A stretch of 64,000 bases of DNA from an uncultured Armatimonadia bacterium (GCA_963749155.1 CAVVLO010000005.1:192001-256000), one strand, 5' to 3'. Numbered from the stretch's first letter, positions 49,155 through 60,194 are shown. Made by a program: numbers and translations. The notes: a model not told the origin generated them from the letters alone.

Positions 49155-50234
49155 ATGGCTTATCGTTGCATCCACATCGGCACCGGCGGCTTCGGCGGCG
49201 CCTGGTGCGTGGCTTTCTTGCCCCCGAGCGTCCAGCAAGGTCTTGTCGAGGTTGTCGCCGCGGTTGATATCAATCCCGACCACTTCATCAATGCGAAGAA
49301 CGGTCTTGGCCTTACCGATGAGCAGCTCTACACCGACGCTCGCCAGGCGATGGAAGAATGCGAGGCCGATTTCTGCACCATCGTCGTGCCGCCGGCCTTC
49401 CACGAGGGGATGGTAGACCTCGCCCTCGAACACGGCTTGAACATCCTCTCCGAGAAGCCTATCGCCGACACGATGGAAGGCGCCTGCCGTATCGCGAAGA
49501 AAGCGCGCGATGCCGGCGTCAAGATGGGCGTCACGATGAGCCATCGCTTCGACCAGGACAAGACAACCCTCCGGCAGCAACTGCGCTCAGGCAAGTGGGG
49601 CGCGCTTGACTACCTTGTCAGCCGTTTCACCTGTGAATGCCGCCGGTTTGCGACCTGGGGCAAGTTTCGCTACGAGATCCCTTATCCGCTGCTTATCGAG
49701 GGCTCCGTGCATCATCTGGACCTGCTGGTGGATATGGGAGGGGCTCTTTGCGAGGAGCTTTATTGTCAGGGCTGGCAACCCGCCTGGGGCGAGTTCGCAG
49801 GCGACTCTCAGGCGCTGATTACAATGCGGCTTGCAAACGGCGTGCGCATCTTCTACGAAGGCGCCAAGACCAACGCGGTCGGCCTCAATTGCTGGACACA
49901 GGAATATGTCCGCGCCGAATGCGAGGGCGGCACGCTGGTAATGGACCATCGCGAGATCGAAGCCTTCCCCTATATGCCTGAAGTGGTCGCGCGCAATGCA
50001 GTCGAGGGAGAGGGAGAGGAGGTGCAATTGCTCGAACAGCCTTTGTGGCAGAATGCCTGGCTCATCCAGCAATATGTCGCCTGGTTGGACGGCGGGCCGC
50101 CGATGGAGACCAACGTCGAGGCCAATCTGCAGTCTATGGCGCTCATCTTCGCGGCCATCGAGAGCAGCAAAACAGGCCAGCCTGTGAGGGTGCAGGAGTT
50201 TCTCGCCCAGCACCTGGCTGCGGTGGGCTATTAA
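49155..50234 (+). CDS. Gfo/Idh/MocA family oxidoreductase
   Basis: IGTGGFG, VPPAFH, LSEKPIA, HRF, EGSVHHLD. Confidence 0.92.
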   Translation: MAYRCIHIGTGGFGGAWCVAFLPPSVQQGLVEVVAAVDINPDHFINAKNGLGLTDEQLYTDARQAMEECEADFCTIVVPPAFHEGMVDLALEHGLNILSEKPIADTMEGACRIAKKARDAGVKMGVTMSHRFDQDKTTLRQQLRSGKWGALDYLVSRFTCECRRFATWGKFRYEIPYPLLIEGSVHHLDLLVDMGGALCEELYCQGWQPAWGEFAGDSQALITMRLANGVRIFYEGAKTNAVGLNCWTQEYVRAECEGGTLVMDHREIEAFPYMPEVVARNAVEGEGEEVQLLEQPLWQNAWLIQQYVAWLDGGPPMETNVEANLQSMALIFAAIESSKTGQPVRVQEFLAQHLAAVGY

Positions 50235-50235
50235 A

Positions 50236-51717
50236 ATGACTCTGGAGGATATGAAGCTCCTGCGAGAGGCGCTTGCTGGCGACCGGTATCGCCCAGCCTA
50301 CCATTTTGTGGCGCCTGGAGAGTATCTCAACGACCCCAATGGCACTGTTTTTTGGCGGGGGAGATACCACCTTTTCTATCAATATGCCCCCGACTGGCGC
50401 TCAGGCGACTGGAACAAGCACTGGGCGCACGCGGTCAGCAGCGACCTCGTGCATTGGGAGGACCTGCCCATCGCCCTTTCGCCCGAGCCAGGTCTTTATG
50501 ATGAGAAGGGTGTCTGGAGCGGTACTGCTTGCGCCGATGGCGACCGTGTGTGGGCCATCTACCACGCCCACCAGAGCGGCAACTGCCTGGCCAGTGCCTC
50601 AGACGAGTGGCTGACTGAATGGACCAAACATCCGGCAAATCCGGTTATCCCGCCCGACCCGGCGCGCGTATATGATCCGTGTATATGGAAGGACGAACGC
50701 GGCTACCATACCCTCTCGGGGCGGATCTCTTCAGCTTCCACGGGCGATGGCAGAGACGCGCTCTCCTTCGGTCATGACCTTGCCTACCACTGGCGCTCGG
50801 ATGACCTGACCAACTGGGAGGACACAGGACTCTTCTACGAGGGTGGTTTAGATACCGAGCCTGGCGAGGACTGCGCCGTGCCAGAATTCTTCCCCTTCGG
50901 CGACCGACATATGCTGCTTTTCGCAAGTCACAACCGCGGCGGTCAGTATTACATCGGCCGACTGGAAGGCGACCACTTTACCCCCGAGACCCACGGCCGG
51001 CTCAACTTCACGCGCTTTGGCCTGGCCCGTATCAATACTTGCGGCGACCTGATGGCGCCTCTCTCCTGGGGCGATGACCAGGGCCGGCGCATCGTCATCG
51101 CATGGGTGCCCGAGGGTACGACCGATGAGCGCCAGTTTTCCTCTGGCTGGGCGGGGATTATGTCGCTGCCCCGGATGATTGCTCTTGAAGAAAACGGTTC
51201 ACTGAGCCTCCAGCCTGTCCCGGAGCTTGCGGCCTTGCGCGGCCAGCCTGTCACTTGTGGCGGGATGATGTTATCGCCTGAAGCGCCCGTATGGCTCCAA
51301 GGATTCGAGAGCGACAGGCTGGAACTCGACCTTACTATTGAACCTGGCTCCGCAACTTCGGTGGGCATCAACGTGCTGTGCAGCCCTCACAATGAGGAAG
51401 AGACGACAATCCTCTTTGACCGGGAGGCCGAGACGCTTGGCCTGGATCCGACTCGCGCCAGCCTCGATCTGACGATGGTGGGGCGAGACCCCCAGGTTGC
51501 CCCGTTTGCGCTTGCAACTGGCGAAGCGCTCAGGCTGCGAGTTTTCGTTGACCGGAGTGTGGTGGAGGTCTTCGCGAACGACCGTCTTTGTCTTACCAAG
51601 CGCGTCTATCCCTCGCGCCCTGACAGCCTGGGCGTGCAGCTCTTTGCGACTGGCGGTCTGGCGATGGCGCTTGCCGCCACCGCCTGGGAGATGCAACCGG
51701 TCTGGCCGATAAGCTAA
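50236..51717 (+). CDS. GH32 family glycosidase (beta-fructofuranosidase-like)
   Basis: RPAYHF, LNDPNG, YHLFYQ, WAHAVSSDLVHW, WSG, YDP, MSLPR, VDRSVVEVFAN. Confidence 0.9.
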   Translation: MTLEDMKLLREALAGDRYRPAYHFVAPGEYLNDPNGTVFWRGRYHLFYQYAPDWRSGDWNKHWAHAVSSDLVHWEDLPIALSPEPGLYDEKGVWSGTACADGDRVWAIYHAHQSGNCLASASDEWLTEWTKHPANPVIPPDPARVYDPCIWKDERGYHTLSGRISSASTGDGRDALSFGHDLAYHWRSDDLTNWEDTGLFYEGGLDTEPGEDCAVPEFFPFGDRHMLLFASHNRGGQYYIGRLEGDHFTPETHGRLNFTRFGLARINTCGDLMAPLSWGDDQGRRIVIAWVPEGTTDERQFSSGWAGIMSLPRMIALEENGSLSLQPVPELAALRGQPVTCGGMMLSPEAPVWLQGFESDRLELDLTIEPGSATSVGINVLCSPHNEEETTILFDREAETLGLDPTRASLDLTMVGRDPQVAPFALATGEALRLRVFVDRSVVEVFANDRLCLTKRVYPSRPDSLGVQLFATGGLAMALAATAWEMQPVWPIS

Positions 51718-51748
51718 TTCGATTGTAAAGCCTAAAAATCAGCTCCAG

Positions 51749-51791
51749 GCCTTTCTCTGCGCCGACCGACCGCAGAGGAAGGCTTTTTTTT
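51749..51791 (+). terminator. Intrinsic terminator
   Basis: GCCTTTCTCTGCG...CGCAGAGGAAGGC followed by a run of T. Confidence 0.85.
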
Positions 51792-51848
51792 GCCCTCCTC
51801 AAGCCCTCTTATGATGTTTCTGGCACGTTTCTTGCATTGCACAAAACT

Positions 51849-52289
51849 ATGTGGAATTGGCGCAAGTTGTTACCCCGGCGAAAACTCCTGGGCGAGGTGG
51901 GCGAGGACCACGCCTGCCGCTTTTTGCGGTCGAAAGGCTACAAACTGGTCGCTCGTAACTTCCGCGTCGCCTATGGAGAACTCGATATCGTGGCGCTGAA
52001 GGGTGACAGAGTGTGTTTTGTCGAGGTTAAGACTCGCGCGCTGGATGCGGTAACTACTCCTCTTGAGGCCATCGGCAGAGAAAAACAGAAACGCCTGCTG
52101 CGCGCTGCCAAGGCCTTCCTGCTTGAGAGAGGGGCAGCGGGTACGGTGGACTTCCGCTTTGATGCCGTCGCGGTCTGGGTTAAGCCGAACACCGCCAGGC
52201 TAGTGCGTATCGAGTTATTTGAGGACCTTGAGATGGAGGATGAACTCTATGCTGGCAAGCCTGCATGGTGTGGTGCTTTCGGGGCCTGA
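51849..52289 (+). CDS. yraN: YraN (UPF0102) family endonuclease-like protein
   Basis: GEDHACRFL, RNFR, GELDIVA, FVEVKTR, RFDAVAV; upstream of yifB/comM. Confidence 0.9.
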   Translation: MWNWRKLLPRRKLLGEVGEDHACRFLRSKGYKLVARNFRVAYGELDIVALKGDRVCFVEVKTRALDAVTTPLEAIGREKQKRLLRAAKAFLLERGAAGTVDFRFDAVAVWVKPNTARLVRIELFEDLEMEDELYAGKPAWCGAFGA

Positions 52290-53775
52290 AGGTTACCTGG
52301 TAAGGGTCGAAAGTGACCTGGCGCGAGGCCAGTCGAAGTTTTTTCTGGTGGGCTTGCCTGATGCGGCTATGCGCGAAAGCCGCGAGCGAGTGCAGTCGGC
52401 GGTAAAAAACGCCGGGTATGAGTTCCCTGGGAAAAGGGTGACGGTCAATCTCTCGCCCGCCGACATCAAAAAGGAAGGGCCAGGGCTGGATTTGCCAATT
52501 GCGCTTTCCATACTGCGCGCCTCCGAGCAACTGCCAGCCTTCGAAGAAGACAAATGGGCTTTCGTCGGAGAGCTTTCACTCGATGGGCGGGTGAATCCCA
52601 TCACAGGCGTGCTGCCGATTGCTATGACAGCCCACCAGCAGGGCAAGCGATTTCTGATAGTGCCCACTGAAAACGGCACCGAGGCTGCGATGGTGGACGG
52701 TTTGCATGTGGTGCCCATTACTACGCTCAACCAGGCAGTGAAGGCCCTGGCGAAGCCTTCCGAAGCGCCAGCGGCCGATCCCCCTGACTGGAGCCGCCTC
52801 AACGAAGGGCCCTCCGGTGCAGATTTTGCCGAGGTAAAGGGCCAGGAACACGTAAAGCGCGCGATGGAAGTCGCTGCCGCCGGCGGGCACAACCTGCTGA
52901 TGATTGGCCCGCCGGGCTCCGGCAAGACCATGCTGGCGCGCCGCCTGCCTACCATACTGCCACCGCTCACCAGGCAGGAAGCACTCGAAGTGAGCAAGCT
53001 TTATAGCCTGAGTGGTTTGCTGCCCCGAGACACCTCGATGATCTCGAAGCGCCCCTTCCGCGCGCCTCACCATACGGCTTCGCGCGCCGGGATAATCGGA
53101 GGCGGGCCAAATCCGATGCCGGGCGAGGTTAGCCTGGCCCACCGGGGAGTACTTTTCCTTGATGAGCTGGCCGAATTCCCCCGCGATGTGCTTGAGGCAA
53201 TGCGCCAGCCGCTTGAGGACCAGCTCGTTACGATTGCGCGCGCCTCGGGTCGGGTGGCTTATGCGGCCAGTTTTATGCTCTGCGGCGCGATGAATCCCTG
53301 CCCCTGCGGTTTCTTTGGCGACCCCGTAAAGCCTTGCACCTGCAGTGCCCAGTATGTACGTAACTATCGCAAGAAAATTAGTGGGCCGCTGCTGGACAGG
53401 ATAGACATCCATCTGGAAGTTCCCCGGCTGAGGCCTGAAGAACTGGGCGCAAGGCCCGAGGGAGAGACTTCGGCCACCATCCAGCAGCGAGTAATCGCCG
53501 CCAGAGTGCGCCAAACCGCACGTTATGCAGGCACGAAGCTTATCTCCAATGCCGAACTTGGACCGCGAGAGGTGGCCCGTTTCTGCCAGATCAGCGAGGA
53601 AGCGCAGAGATTGCTGAAAGTTGCAGTCGCGAAATTTGCTCTTTCTCCACGCGCTTATGACCGGATATTAAAACTTGCTCGCACGATCGCCGATTTGGAA
53701 GGGCTCGAGAACCTTCAGGTCGCCCATGTTGCCGAAGCCATCCAGTATCGCTGTCTGGACAGGCAGTCATATTAG
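52249..53775 (+). CDS. comM: YifB/ComM family Mg-chelatase-like AAA+ ATPase
   Basis: VGLPD..RESRERV, NLSPAD, GELSLDG, GPPGSGKT, PFRAPHH, PGEVSLAHRGVLFLDE, MNPCPCG, SGPLLDRID. Confidence 0.93.
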   Translation: MLASLHGVVLSGPEGYLVRVESDLARGQSKFFLVGLPDAAMRESRERVQSAVKNAGYEFPGKRVTVNLSPADIKKEGPGLDLPIALSILRASEQLPAFEEDKWAFVGELSLDGRVNPITGVLPIAMTAHQQGKRFLIVPTENGTEAAMVDGLHVVPITTLNQAVKALAKPSEAPAADPPDWSRLNEGPSGADFAEVKGQEHVKRAMEVAAAGGHNLLMIGPPGSGKTMLARRLPTILPPLTRQEALEVSKLYSLSGLLPRDTSMISKRPFRAPHHTASRAGIIGGGPNPMPGEVSLAHRGVLFLDELAEFPRDVLEAMRQPLEDQLVTIARASGRVAYAASFMLCGAMNPCPCGFFGDPVKPCTCSAQYVRNYRKKISGPLLDRIDIHLEVPRLRPEELGARPEGETSATIQQRVIAARVRQTARYAGTKLISNAELGPREVARFCQISEEAQRLLKVAVAKFALSPRAYDRILKLARTIADLEGLENLQVAHVAEAIQYRCLDRQSY

Positions 53776-53778
53776 GTG

Positions 53779-55119
53779 TCAGCCTTCGCGAGGCGTCATC
53801 CCAAGCAGGTCCTGGGCGCTTTCGAACAGCAAGGCGCGCGCGATGCCCACTGCTGACTCGAAGTCGTACTGACCCTGGGCGATTTTCGAAGCCAGCACCC
53901 GAGCCATTGCCTTTCTGATCAGGACCGCTTTGGCGTACGCCCATTCGGCTGTGTAAGCGTCAGAGAAGAAGCCGACCTGCTTGCGCGTCGAGAGCATATC
54001 CAGCCGCTCTGAGAGCACCTGCTCGATGAAAGTAGGGAAGAAATTGTGCCACCAGTAGCCGGCCAGCGAGAAGTTGGGCAGCTCGCGCGCCAGGGTGCAA
54101 AGCGACTGGTTGGCAGCCGCGCTGGAAAGGAAACACTGGAATTGCACGCTTGGGTGCCTTGCAACGAGTTCTGCCAGATGAGCGATAGTCGGCGGATTGA
54201 GTCGAGAGACGGTCTCATAGGGCAGCGGTTCGGCCCCAAGTGAGAACTGGAACACAAAAGGCCGCCCCAGCTTGCCCAGGCGCGAGAGGAACCCTTCAAG
54301 CACATAGCTTGCGTAGGTGTCGCGCTCGGTGGGGCCGGCCTGGCCTCGCCTGGTCAGGGCATCGGCCATCTCACTCTGGCTTACCTGGCGATATGCGAGG
54401 TCGGTCGAGAGATGCTGAGCTGTGCTTAGCACCTCATCGTAAGGGATTGCCTCATAATAGAAGTCCAGCGCCTCTTCCACATCATCCAGCGTGTGGATTT
54501 GCCTGACCGGCACTGACCTGGCCTCGCCAGCCGTCACGGGAAGAGGAGCGCCGGGGCCTCCCTGGCTCCAGGCATTTTCGAGTTCGTACAGGGCAGTGTC
54601 GAATTCACCCCACTGACTGCGCGCGAAGAAAGCCCATTCCAGGCTGTACTGAAAACGCTCATCGGCCTGGCCCTCATGCCTGCGCCAAAGCTCGGTGCAG
54701 GTGCGCTTTATTCCGGCTTTGTCCAGTATTTGCCACGCCCAGTCTGACTGGGTGGCGCGTTCGCGAATCAGGGTATCCAAAGTGCGCCAGTTACTTTCGA
54801 GCACTGGCCCTTCCCACCCGTAGAGGTCGCGCAAGATGATCCGGACGCCCCAGAAGCAACTTGTATTCTGGATGTGCTTTACATAAGGCAGCGCGCGCTC
54901 AAGGCGAGAGTGAGACTCCTCAACCGAGGGCCACTCGCTAAGTCTTCCGCCATCAGGGCAGCCAGCGCTGTAGAGATCGGAGATGACCATATGGTACAGC
55001 AGCACATCATCCAGTCCGCGCGCGGCAGGATGGACTGCGTCCATATGGGTATGCGCATCGAGCAGAGGAAGCTCGCTTAGAGCTTCCTCAAGCGAGGCGA
55101 CGAGGTGTGCGAAATCCAT
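53779..55119 (-). CDS. Uronate isomerase-like amidohydrolase-fold protein
   Basis: LLDAHTH metal motif, YHMVISDL, GYWWHNF, FFSDAY motifs. Confidence 0.7.
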   Translation of the reverse strand: MDFAHLVASLEEALSELPLLDAHTHMDAVHPAARGLDDVLLYHMVISDLYSAGCPDGGRLSEWPSVEESHSRLERALPYVKHIQNTSCFWGVRIILRDLYGWEGPVLESNWRTLDTLIRERATQSDWAWQILDKAGIKRTCTELWRRHEGQADERFQYSLEWAFFARSQWGEFDTALYELENAWSQGGPGAPLPVTAGEARSVPVRQIHTLDDVEEALDFYYEAIPYDEVLSTAQHLSTDLAYRQVSQSEMADALTRRGQAGPTERDTYASYVLEGFLSRLGKLGRPFVFQFSLGAEPLPYETVSRLNPPTIAHLAELVARHPSVQFQCFLSSAAANQSLCTLARELPNFSLAGYWWHNFFPTFIEQVLSERLDMLSTRKQVGFFSDAYTAEWAYAKAVLIRKAMARVLASKIAQGQYDFESAVGIARALLFESAQDLLGMTPREG

Positions 55120-55150
55120 AATTCATCCTTCTCCAGACAGGTCGTTAGGC

Positions 55151-55960
55151 TCAGGCAAGCCCTGCAGCGGCCAGTGCCTCGGCAGGAGTGGCGTTGTCGT
55201 GGATGACCGATTTGAAGGCCAGCAGCGCTTTGGTTGGCTCCTCGTGGCTCCAGATGTTGCGACCGATGGTGGCGCCTCGCCCTCCACTTGCCACCACTCG
55301 TTGCATCGCGACCAGGGCATCTTCCAGATTAGTGGTTTTGGGCCCTCCGGCTGCCACAACCGGGATTGGGCAAGACCGGATTATCTGTCCGAAGCTTGCG
55401 GCGTCGCCGCAGAAGGGCGTCTTGATAACATCAACGCCAACCTCCATCCCGCAGCGGACGGCCCAGGCTACCGACTCGGCATCAAAAACGATGTCGGCTT
55501 TATCCTCATGATGGAAGCGTCGGGGGTAGATATGCAACACAACAGGCATCTCGAGCTTCTCAGCCTGGCGTACCAGGTCGGCTGCGCGCCTGAGATGGGC
55601 GGCTTCCGTGAAGCCTTTCACGAAGGCGCAGGTAGCGAAGGCGTCGGCGCCAAGCCGTACGGCATCCTCCGGGCTCGCGAGCAACTCATCCGCGCTGTCA
55701 TCGGGCCTGCCGATAAGGCTCTGAACGATCAACGGCACCTGACCAGCATGCGGTCCCCAGCAGGCTAGCGCCGCGCCTTTATGCATCGTCACCGCATCGG
55801 GACGCCCAGCTACGAGGGCCGCGAGGGTTTTGGGCAGATCATAAAGCCCGGCGGGCATCCCCTCCTGATAGCCGATAAAATGGTCTATCGCGACCGAACA
55901 TAGCCGTCCCGAGGGGTGAGAAAAAATCCGGTTGAGCCTTACCTGCTTGCCAAGTCCCAT
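55151..55960 (-). CDS. Class I aldolase (DhnA/LsrF family)
   Basis: VAIDH, EDAVRLGADA, HIYPR, GVDVIKT (Schiff-base Lys), PVVAAGGP, IGRNIW; ATG 55960 after AAGGAG. Confidence 0.88.
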   Translation of the reverse strand: MGLGKQVRLNRIFSHPSGRLCSVAIDHFIGYQEGMPAGLYDLPKTLAALVAGRPDAVTMHKGAALACWGPHAGQVPLIVQSLIGRPDDSADELLASPEDAVRLGADAFATCAFVKGFTEAAHLRRAADLVRQAEKLEMPVVLHIYPRRFHHEDKADIVFDAESVAWAVRCGMEVGVDVIKTPFCGDAASFGQIIRSCPIPVVAAGGPKTTNLEDALVAMQRVVASGGRGATIGRNIWSHEEPTKALLAFKSVIHDNATPAEALAAAGLA

Positions 55961-56078
55961 GCCATGTCTCCTTACTGGAAAGAGGATAACCAATACAAGG
56001 ACTCTCCCCCTCTGTCGCCAATAAGGGCGCACGCGGAGGAAGCGGTACCTTTTCCTCCCTGAAGGGAGGCCATCTGCT

Positions 56079-58944
56079 ATGAGATTCTGGCTCCTGCCCC
56101 TTATTACCTGCCTGGGAGGATTGTTTATGTGCCCGGTAAACGCGCAATCCAGCCTCTGCCCCAATCCCTCTTTTGAGCAACTCAATCCGGCTGGCGATAA
56201 TTTCCCCCTTGGCTGGCATGCCTACCGGGGCACTACGATCACCGGCGAGGCGTATGAGGGCAGTATCGCCCTCAGGATGGAGACCACTACCGACTCCACC
56301 GCGGGCGTAACCTCGGACTCAATCTCCGTAAAGCGCGGCAAGCTCCTATTCCATTACAAGGCACTAGTCTCAACGGTCGGAGGCGACAATCTGCGCTTCT
56401 GTGTCATCGCCATCAATCAGGACGGCATCGAGGTCAGCCGCGCCCAGGTGGCGGTGCCTGCCGAACACGTAGGCGATGGACAGTGGCACGAGGGGAGCCT
56501 GGCCTTCGACTTCCTGAACCTGCCAGCCGCGGTCGGGGTGTTGATTGCGCCGCGCCTGAACGAACAGAGCAACCCTGGCGAGGGCGCCTGGCTGCTCGAT
56601 GACATCGCCCTTTATGAGGAGAGGCTCGGTCAGAGGGCCGAGGTAGAGTGCCTCTGGATGCCGCAGCCGGTGATGACTCCCCGCGCGCCAACGCCGGTCG
56701 TCGTGCAGGTTACCAACACGGGAGATATGCCGGTGCCGGTCTCGAAGCAACGCCTGCAACTCACAGGACCAGTTCGGGTGCTGGGCAACAAGGCCCCTCT
56801 CGTGCTGGATGAACTCCTTCCTGGCGAGTCGCGCCGGATCGAGTGGCAACTGGTCGCCGATGAGCCTGGCCCGGTTGGCATCCAGTTCCAGTGGAGCGCC
56901 GCCGAGTTCCGCGAAAATACCATCGTGATGGCTGACTACTCGACCGTCTGCATCGAGGAGAAAGACAGGAGCCGGCTTTGCACTGGTCCCGGGGGCTTCT
57001 GGCGTCTGATGCCGGAGCCCCAGTCACTGCAACAGGATAATCCTGCGCCTTTGGAACCTCTCCAAACGAAGCGCTCAAGCGAGCTGCCGGAAAATTACTT
57101 CGGAATCACTGCCCACCTGCCGCGCGGGGAGGATTTCGAACCCATCTTCGAGCCGGATTTCCTGATAGATGGCGATGAGACCACCAACTGGTCGGGTCAC
57201 GCGCACCGCACGCCCGTTCCAGGCCCTGTGGACTGGGCTGAAGTGACCTTCGCCAGGCCGGCCGAGATTGTTCAGATAAACCTTGTACCTTATTGGCGCG
57301 CCGAGGGCTTCCCTGTGGACTTCGAAGTGAAGCTGCGCGCAGGCGGAGAGTGGCGCACTGTGCATCAGGCGAAGGGGTTGCGTCTGCCCAGCGAGGCTGG
57401 CGACTCGCCCAAGCAGCCTTATGTCATCCAGCTTGAGCAGCCCCTCGAGGCGGACGCTATAAGAATCGAAGTCAGCAGGTATTCGGCCTGTGGAGGCTTC
57501 TTCACGGAGTTCTTTACCTGTTATTACTTCCGCCTGTCAGAAATTGTGGCGCTGGATAAGGCAGGACGCAATATGGCGCTTGCCTCGGAAGGCGCAAAAG
57601 TGGCCGTGCCCTGGACCCATCGCTCCTGGTACAACTCGCGCGAGGACATCGAGGCGACTTATCCCTCGCTATATGATATCGGCGTGAAGTGGAACCGCGT
57701 CGGCCAGTGGGGCGACTGGACCGCCTGGGCGATGGTAGAGCAGCAGAAAGGCCAGTATTACATCGACCCGCGCACCGACCAGGCGGTGACCGACTCCGTC
57801 GAAAACGGCGTCGATATCCTCTACACGCTGGATTACGGCAATCCGCTGTATGAAGCGACTCCTCCGCTCGGAGACATTGGCCCACTGTGGCTGCATGGGC
57901 ATCCCTTTATGGGAGATGGCGGTCCGACCACGCCCGAGGCCATCGAGGGCTTCGTGAACTACGCCCGCTTTGTCGCCCAGCATTTCAAGGGGCGCGTGAA
58001 GTATTACGAGATATGGAACGAAGAAAATAGCTGGGCCTGGTATGGCTGCCCGCCCGATCCCGTCGCCTTTGGCACCTTGCTGCGCGAGACGGGCAAGGCG
58101 CTAAAAGAAGTAGACCCGGAGATCAAAGTGATGGTTGGTGGCACGGCGGCACTGGCGCCAACGCTCATCTCGGAGGCGCTCGAACAAGGCGCTGGGCCTT
58201 ATCTGGACGCAATCGGTTTCCATCCTTATACGATGGCCTGGCCCGAGCTCGGCCTGGGTTCGCTGGATGTTGTCGACGGCAAGCAGGTCAGCGTCTCCAA
58301 GGAAGACCTGGGCTTCGAGACCTGGGAGGAGATGCTTGCCTTCCTCAAGGCCAAGTTTGAGAAATACAATCCTGGCTTCGAGTTCTGGGCCAACGAGTGG
58401 AATGCCATCTCCGACAGGCTTGACGCTTATCAGTCAGGCACCAGCGAGCTGGCCGAGGCCAAGCAGGGAGCCAGATTCTTCCTCATGGGCACATTGACCG
58501 AGGTCCACTGTGTCTGGTGGTCGCTGGCCAACCGCAACGGCGAGCTGGACTGGGCAGTGCTCAGGATGGAGGACCTTTCGCCCAAGCCCCTTTACTATTC
58601 GTTGCGCGCTATGGCTACGCTGCTCTCAGGGGCAAAGCCGGATCTTTCTATCCCAGGTGAAAACCGAAGGCGAGGCGCCTGAGCTGCATACAACAGTCCT
58701 TGAAGGCAGAGACGGCGAGATGCTGGTCGCCCTTTGGTCGGCCTTGAATCCAGGCCAGGGTGACGCGTATGAGGGAGTTCATGTCAAGGTCCGCATCACT
58801 GTACCGGATGTAAAGCGCGTTACCGCGGTGGATACTCTCCAGTGCCTGACGCAGCAGCTAGAGGCCCATTACGAAGGCGATGAGCTGATTGTGGACGGCG
58901 TGCTGGTTATGGATTATCCCCTCGTGCTGAAGCTGGAACGTTGA
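56079..58944 (+). CDS. Secreted multidomain glycosidase: CBM-like, Ig-like, discoidin/F5-8-like and GH39/clan GH-A domains; +1 frameshift near 58653
   Basis: Signal peptide; NPSFE..GW, LIDGD..T.W, FPVDFEV, YYEIWNEE, DAIGFHPY, WANEW, PKPLYY; C-terminal beta domain in ORF 58510-58944. Confidence 0.75.
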
Positions 58945-59014
58945 GCCAGCCAGGCAGGCAAAGGGGCGCCTGGGTTGAAGTAAAACCCTACCTTGGTAGA
59001 GAGAGAGGGTCATT

Positions 59015-60194
59015 ATGATTAGAGAACCGTTCCTGGGGGTGCTTCTCGGACTTGCACTGCTTGCCCTTGAGACCGGGGCGCTGGCAGGTTCTGTAAAGCC
59101 AGGCCTGCATGTGGATGAGACCGGGACGCTGACGCGCGCTGGGCAGCCCTATCGCGGCATCGGGGTCAACTACTTCGATGCCTTCTTCCAGGCGCTGTTG
59201 AATCCTGATAGCCCCAAGTATGAGCAGGGCTTTGAGACGCTTGCCGGCTGACGGCATCCCTTTCGCGCGCATACTGGGCGGGCCCTTCTGGACGCCTGAA
59301 TACAAGCTCTACCTCGAAGACAAGCAGCGTTATTTCGAGCTTTTTGATGGTGTCGTGGCTAGCGCCGAGCGCCACGGCATCGGCCTTATACCGAGCCTTT
59401 TCTGGAACTACCACGCCGTGCCCGACCTGGTGAAGGAACCAGTCAGTGCCTGGGGAAATCCGAGGAGCAAGACCCTCGCCTTTATGCGCAAGTACACCAA
59501 AGAGGTCGTCACCCGCTATCGTGGGTCGCCCGCCATCTGGGGCTGGGAGTTCGGCAATGAGTACAACCTGATGGCCGACCTGCCCAATGCTGCCGAACAC
59601 CGCCCGACGACAGTCCCCGAACTTGGTGCCCCGCCGACTCGCAGCGAGCTGGACGACCTGACCCACGAGGCAATCCGCACCGCCTTTAGCGAGTTTGCAA
59701 AGGAAGTTCGCAGGCACGATCCCTGGCGGATGATCGGCACAGGAAGTGGCTTCCCGCGTCCAAGCGCCTGGCACCAGTGGACCGAGCTCTCGTGGAAAGG
59801 CGACACCTGGCATCAATACATCGATATGCTGATTGGCGATAATCCTGATCCGGTAGACACCCTTTCAGCCCATCTCTACCCCGAAGGGGGCGAACGCTTC
59901 GGGCGGCCCTTCTCGCCCAGGCTGTTGCTCGAGGCCAGTATGGAAGCCGCGAGGCGCAGCGGCAAGCCTTTGTTCGTGGGCGAGTTCGGCGCCAGCAACG
60001 AACTCGGTGCTGACGAGGCGCGCGCGCGTTTCAGTGAGATCCTGGACGCCTTCGAAGAGACGGGTGTCCCCCTCGCTGCGGTCTGGGTCTTCCGTCTCGA
60101 CACCGACGACACAAGCTGGAACCTGAGCCAGGCCAGCGGGCGTCTTTACCAGCTAGAGGCGATACGCGAGGTCAATCGCCGGCTGGGCGATTAG
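59015..60194 (+). CDS. Secreted GH5-like glycosidase; +1 frameshift near 59246
   Basis: Signal peptide and GIGVNYFD in ORF 59015; WGWEFGNE, SAHLY, KPLFVGEFG in ORF 59220. Confidence 0.85.

Noticed and set aside
48795..59251. Programmed +1 frameshifting at the two GCC GGC TGA sites
   Set aside because: GGC to GCT re-pairing is poor, the other six sites share no slippery motif, and sequence error is simpler.
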